A DNA stretch of 41,058 nucleotides, taken from Acidobacteriota bacterium. GTDB taxonomy: Bacteria > Acidobacteriota > CAIWXX01. The notes beneath the pieces are model-generated. The model was not told the DNA's origin. It ran no database searches and saw nothing but the letters and a program-made list of their open reading frames with translations. The translations under genes and the position numbers were made by a program. This document shows positions 37,324 to 41,058 of the stretch, one piece after another (position 1 is the first letter of the stretch; each line of letters opens with the position of its first letter). The DNA lies in NCBI GenBank assembly GCA_040755995.1, contig JBFMAF010000001.1:1-41058 (forward strand), given 5' to 3'.

Positions 37324-39384
37324 TCACTTCTCGTCTTCTTGCGTGCAGAAGTACTCGATCGTCTTCTGCGCGCAGGTCCGGCAGTAGCCTAGCTTGGTGA
37401 GCATGGTGTGGATCATGCGGTCATAGAGCCTTTGGTTCTCCTCGTTGGTCCGGTTGGCGAGGGCTCCGATGAGGCTGCCGGCTCCTGCGATATCCGACTT
37501 CAGCCGTACGTCGGTGACGGCCTTGACGAGCTCGAGGTTGTCCATGAAATCGTAGTCCGGGTCGACCGAAATCTTCTGGCCGTAGATCTTGCGTATCGTC
37601 GTGCGGAAGTTCTCGCGCTGCTCCTGCGTTTTCAGCCCGAGCCGCTCTTCGACGCTCTGTATGTAGCGTTCGTCGATCTTGAGGGCGCGCAGCTCCTTGG
37701 TCTGCGGGTCGATGTACTTCCACATCTTGTCGGGACCCAGGCTCTCGGCGTCCATTCCGATGATCATGTTCACGTAGTTCATGACATCCTTGCGGATCGC
37801 GAACGGTTCATCCATGTAGGCGTTGAAGATCTCGGTCATGATCCTCTCGCGGTAGAGCCCGCGGGCGACCTTGAGGTCCTCGATGTATTTGGTGCGGTCG
37901 TTGGCATCGGCGACGTAGTCGAGCACGATGCGCTCGAGCGAGTTGAAGACGTCGCGGGCGAACATGCAGCTTCCCTCGTTGGTCTCCGAGCTTTCGATGA
38001 GGAGCTGGATGGACCGTCCGAGGTTGCGCTGCCCGAGCCCCTTCTGGCCGAATCGCTTCGTGATATCCGGGTCCTGGGCAAGAGCGTCGATGACTTCGGC
38101 CAGCGTCTTGATGCTCTTCTCGCCGGCTACCTCGCCGGCCGCCAGCTTCATCGTTTCGACGGGCGTGAGCTTCTCCGAGCGGTTGAGGCGCGTCAGCACC
38201 ACCGCCACCGAGGCGGCATAATTGAGGTTCGGATCCTGGTGAAGCGATTCCTTGGCGAAGGTGGTCTTCGTCTCGCTGCCGATGGCGTAGGCGGTGAGCG
38301 CGAACTGGAGCTTGTAGTTCGTGTTGTGGGCCACGTAGCAGAGGCGGCAGCGGTCGACGATGGGCGCCTCCTCCTTCTCGGAAACGAACCTGTAGAACTC
38401 GGAGTTGTTGCTCGTCGCGACGATCAGAGTGTCGATGGGCCACTTGAAGCCGTCGATTTCGATGTTCCGGTTCTGTATGACACCGAGATAGACCTGGACC
38501 AGGTCCTTCTTGTTCTTGAAGATCTCGTCGCAGAAGTGAATGCCGCTGCCCGCCACGCGCGCCAGCGCTCCGCGGCGCAGGTCGAAGCGATACGGGTTGT
38601 TGGTGTCGGAGATGTGCAGCAGGCGCTGGATGGACTCCTCACCCAGCAGGTCCACCGCCGAAGATGTGATCTTGTCTTTGGCGGGGTACTTGCCGGTGAT
38701 CGTGCCGAGGCTCTCCGTGAGCGGCACCGGAATGATCTCGGTGCGCTTCATCATCTCGTCGACGTTTCCGTCGCAATTCGCCCGGATGCCGCTCCAGATG
38801 TAGCCCGTGCAGGCGCCGAGGGGACGGTAGTTCTCGTAGAGAACGTCGATCTCCTTGTCCGTGAACCCGTACCGCTTGGAGAGCAGAGCCTTGTTCTCGG
38901 TCTGGTCTTCGAAGAGGTTCATGGCGAGGATCATCGGGTCCTCGTAAGTCTGGGATTCGATCGTTGTGATGCGCCCGTAGCCGCCCATCCTGTCCATCCC
39001 GTTGAAGCGGAACGTAAACTTCCGGTTCTCGGGCTTCGAGAGGAACTGCCGGTACTTGTTGCACACGAAGTCGACGAAGAACGTCTTGCCGTTGCCCGGT
39101 TCGCCGACCAAAACGAACGCCATCTCGGCGGACGAGCCGCCTTCGGAGGCGTCCTTGACGTACGAGACGAAGCTATTCAGCTCTTCATACATCCCGATGA
39201 TGTGCTTCCTTCCGCCGCGGAATATCTTGAAGTCGTAGGTGGACTTGCCGTTGACGACGACCTTCTCGACACCTTCCGACAGCATCATGCGGGCGACACC
39301 CTGGAAGGCGTTTTCGAAGCGGCGATGGCCGGCTTTCACGGCTTTCAAATGCTCGTCGAGCGTCCCGATCTGGTTGTTGCTCAT
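37324..39384 (-). CDS. prkA: PrkA/YeaG-family AAA+ protein (annotated serine kinase)
   Basis: Walker A GEPGNGKT, Walker B-like IHFCDEIFK, ATSNNSE sensor, IVDRC and C-terminal LGYCRTCA. ATG 39384 with a GGAGGG RBS. Confidence 0.88.
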   Translation of the reverse strand: MSNNQIGTLDEHLKAVKAGHRRFENAFQGVARMMLSEGVEKVVVNGKSTYDFKIFRGGRKHIIGMYEELNSFVSYVKDASEGGSSAEMAFVLVGEPGNGKTFFVDFVCNKYRQFLSKPENRKFTFRFNGMDRMGGYGRITTIESQTYEDPMILAMNLFEDQTENKALLSKRYGFTDKEIDVLYENYRPLGACTGYIWSGIRANCDGNVDEMMKRTEIIPVPLTESLGTITGKYPAKDKITSSAVDLLGEESIQRLLHISDTNNPYRFDLRRGALARVAGSGIHFCDEIFKNKKDLVQVYLGVIQNRNIEIDGFKWPIDTLIVATSNNSEFYRFVSEKEEAPIVDRCRLCYVAHNTNYKLQFALTAYAIGSETKTTFAKESLHQDPNLNYAASVAVVLTRLNRSEKLTPVETMKLAAGEVAGEKSIKTLAEVIDALAQDPDITKRFGQKGLGQRNLGRSIQLLIESSETNEGSCMFARDVFNSLERIVLDYVADANDRTKYIEDLKVARGLYRERIMTEIFNAYMDEPFAIRKDVMNYVNMIIGMDAESLGPDKMWKYIDPQTKELRALKIDERYIQSVEERLGLKTQEQRENFRTTIRKIYGQKISVDPDYDFMDNLELVKAVTDVRLKSDIAGAGSLIGALANRTNEENQRLYDRMIHTMLTKLGYCRTCAQKTIEYFCTQEDEK

Positions 39385-39519
39385 CTTCCCTCCGGCGGTG
39401 ACGGTTTCTCGTGGCATCGGTCTGCTGCCATTCATTCTATATGTACTTTGCTTCCGGCGCGAATGTTTTTCAAGGTGCGCACGGTCGAGATCTCGGGGCG
39501 TTCCCGTCAGACCGATGTC

Positions 39520-39528
39520 TGCTATAAT
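39520..39528 (+). promoter_or_regulatory. Extended -10 promoter, probably producing a leaderless mRNA
   Basis: TGCTATAAT followed by 6 nt and then ATG 39535. No Shine-Dalgarno sequence. Confidence 0.65.
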
Positions 39529-39534
39529 CGCGCA

Positions 39535-41058
39535 ATGGGACGCTTCTTCAATACCGAGGGGCCGGTGCGGCCGGACGAGAACTACTGCCTCCCGCCGCTC
39601 GGCAGACTCGATCTGGGGCAGGTGCTCGATCTCATCGACCGCAAGCGCTACTTCATCCTGCACGCCCCGCGGCAGACCGGCAAGACGAGTTGCCTCCTGG
39701 CCCTGACGGAGCATCTCAACAGGGAGGGGCGGTACCGGTGTCTCTACGTCAACCTGGAGGTCGCGCAGACAGCGCGCGAAGACGTAGGTCGCGGCGTGAA
39801 GGCCATTCTCAGCGTGCTTGGCACGCGAGCTCGGCAGTACTTGGGAGACGGCTACCCCGAGTCCATTGCCCAGTCCGCGCCAAGGGAAGCTGGTGAAGAC
39901 GCTGCACTGGGACACGTGCTGACCCTTTGGGCCGAGCGATCTCGCAGCCCGCTCGTGATACTCTTCGACGAGATCGACTCGCTGATTGGCGACACGCTCG
40001 TCTCCGTGTTGCGCCAACTGCGTGAAGGTTACGAGAAGCGGCCCACGAATTTCCCTCAGAGCGTCGTGCTGTGCGGTGTGCGCGACGTCAAGGACTACCG
40101 AATCTACTCATCCCGCGAGAAGACACAGATCACCGGCGGGAGCGCATTCAACATCAAGGCGGAGTCACTGCGGCTCGGCGACTTCACGCGCGATGACGTG
40201 CACACGCTGTACAAACAGCACACCGAGGAAACAGGGCAGGCATTCGAAGGGAATGCGCTCGAGTTCGCTTGGGACCTCACGCGCGGCCAACCGTGGCTGG
40301 TCAACGCTCTTGCCTACCGCGCGTGCTTCAAGATGAAGGCGGGGCGGGATCGCTCGAAGCCGATCACGGCGGGGATGATCCTGGACGCGAAGGAGCAGCT
40401 GATCATCGAACGCGTGACGCATCTCGACCAGCTCGCCGACAAGCTCAGCGAGCTGCGAGTGCGACGCGTGATCGAGCCGATGCTTGGTGGCGGCACGTTC
40501 AGCAAAGCGCCGTCAGACGATGATATCCGCTACGTGACCGACCTGGGCTTGATCCTGCGCGGGACGGAGGGGCTGCAGGTCGCGAATCCCATCTACCGGG
40601 AGGTCATTCCGAGGCAGTTGTCGGACCTGGCGCAGGCCGAATTCGAGACTACCCACGACGTGGCATGGTATCTTCGATCTGACGGCACCCTCGACATGCC
40701 GAAGCTGCTGGGCGCGTTCCAGGAGTTTTTCCGCGAGAGCTCGGAGATCTGGCTCGAACGCTTCGCCTACAAGGAGGCCGGACCGCAGCTGCTCATGCAG
40801 GCATTTCTCCAGCGAATCGTGAACGGCGGCGGCTACATCCAGCGCGAGTACGGCCTGGGCCTCGGCCGGACTGACCTGATGCTGATCTGGCCACACGCTG
40901 GCGGCAGGCAGAAGGTCGCGATCGAGCTGAAGCTGGTTCGCAAGTCGGTGGAGAGGACGATTGCTGAGGGGCTTGCGCAGACATCCGCATACATGGATCG
41001 GTGTGGCGCAGAAGACGAGGGGCACCTCGTGATCTTCGACCGCAGGCGGGGCCGGAGC
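39535..41058 (+). CDS. AAA+ ATPase with C-terminal PD-(D/E)XK nuclease-like domain (truncated by window end; missing from ORF track)
   Basis: MGRFFNTEGP..., Walker A APRQTGKT, Walker B ILFDEID, TRGQPWLVN, ANPIYREVIPR and REYGLGLGRTDL...AIELK. Open for 508 codons to the edge. Confidence 0.88.
   Translation, partial: MGRFFNTEGPVRPDENYCLPPLGRLDLGQVLDLIDRKRYFILHAPRQTGKTSCLLALTEHLNREGRYRCLYVNLEVAQTAREDVGRGVKAILSVLGTRARQYLGDGYPESIAQSAPREAGEDAALGHVLTLWAERSRSPLVILFDEIDSLIGDTLVSVLRQLREGYEKRPTNFPQSVVLCGVRDVKDYRIYSSREKTQITGGSAFNIKAESLRLGDFTRDDVHTLYKQHTEETGQAFEGNALEFAWDLTRGQPWLVNALAYRACFKMKAGRDRSKPITAGMILDAKEQLIIERVTHLDQLADKLSELRVRRVIEPMLGGGTFSKAPSDDDIRYVTDLGLILRGTEGLQVANPIYREVIPRQLSDLAQAEFETTHDVAWYLRSDGTLDMPKLLGAFQEFFRESSEIWLERFAYKEAGPQLLMQAFLQRIVNGGGYIQREYGLGLGRTDLMLIWPHAGGRQKVAIELKLVRKSVERTIAEGLAQTSAYMDRCGAEDEGHLVIFDRRRGRS

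Noticed and set aside
39385..40017. N-terminal extension of prkA (897-aa ORF)
   Set aside because: Antisense to the AAA+ nuclease gene and crosses the promoter region. The RBS and ATG are at 39384.

Overview
GC-rich bacterial chromosomal segment. The gene content (Thr-type sulfatase/TPR proteins, a Ser/Thr kinase with a beta-propeller, bshB1, DUF4390-ntrY) suggests Acidobacteriota or a relative; this is an inference. Left to right: (1) a truncated secreted protein, a membrane protein, a DUF4390-like protein with an NtrY-like sensor kinase, a RodZ-like protein and a helical hypothetical protein. (2) A cell-envelope cluster: BshB1/PIG-L deacetylase, three alkaline-phosphatase-superfamily proteins lacking the sulfatase C/S-x-P-x-R motif, an SDR and a GT-C-like glycosyltransferase. 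(3) A minus-strand pterin-cofactor/tungstate operon: moaA, moaC, MOSC-MogA fusion, tupABC, moeA, moeA-PBP. (4) A B-box/TM protein and an SxtJ-SxtK-carbamoyltransferase triad, whose 52-aa gene is missing from the ORF track. (5) A ParDE toxin-antitoxin pair and a membrane Ser/Thr kinase. (6) A prkA-DUF444-spoVR-prkA2 operon and a divergent, probably leaderless AAA+/PD-(D/E)XK gene running off the right end, also missing from the ORF track. The most striking unexplained signal is about 13 short 7-, 8- and 9-nt tandem arrays at gene junctions, including inverted arrays bracketing rodZ and one inside an apparent in-frame insertion. No rRNA, tRNA, CRISPR array, integrase or transposase was seen. All family calls come from motif recognition by eye; no database search was run.
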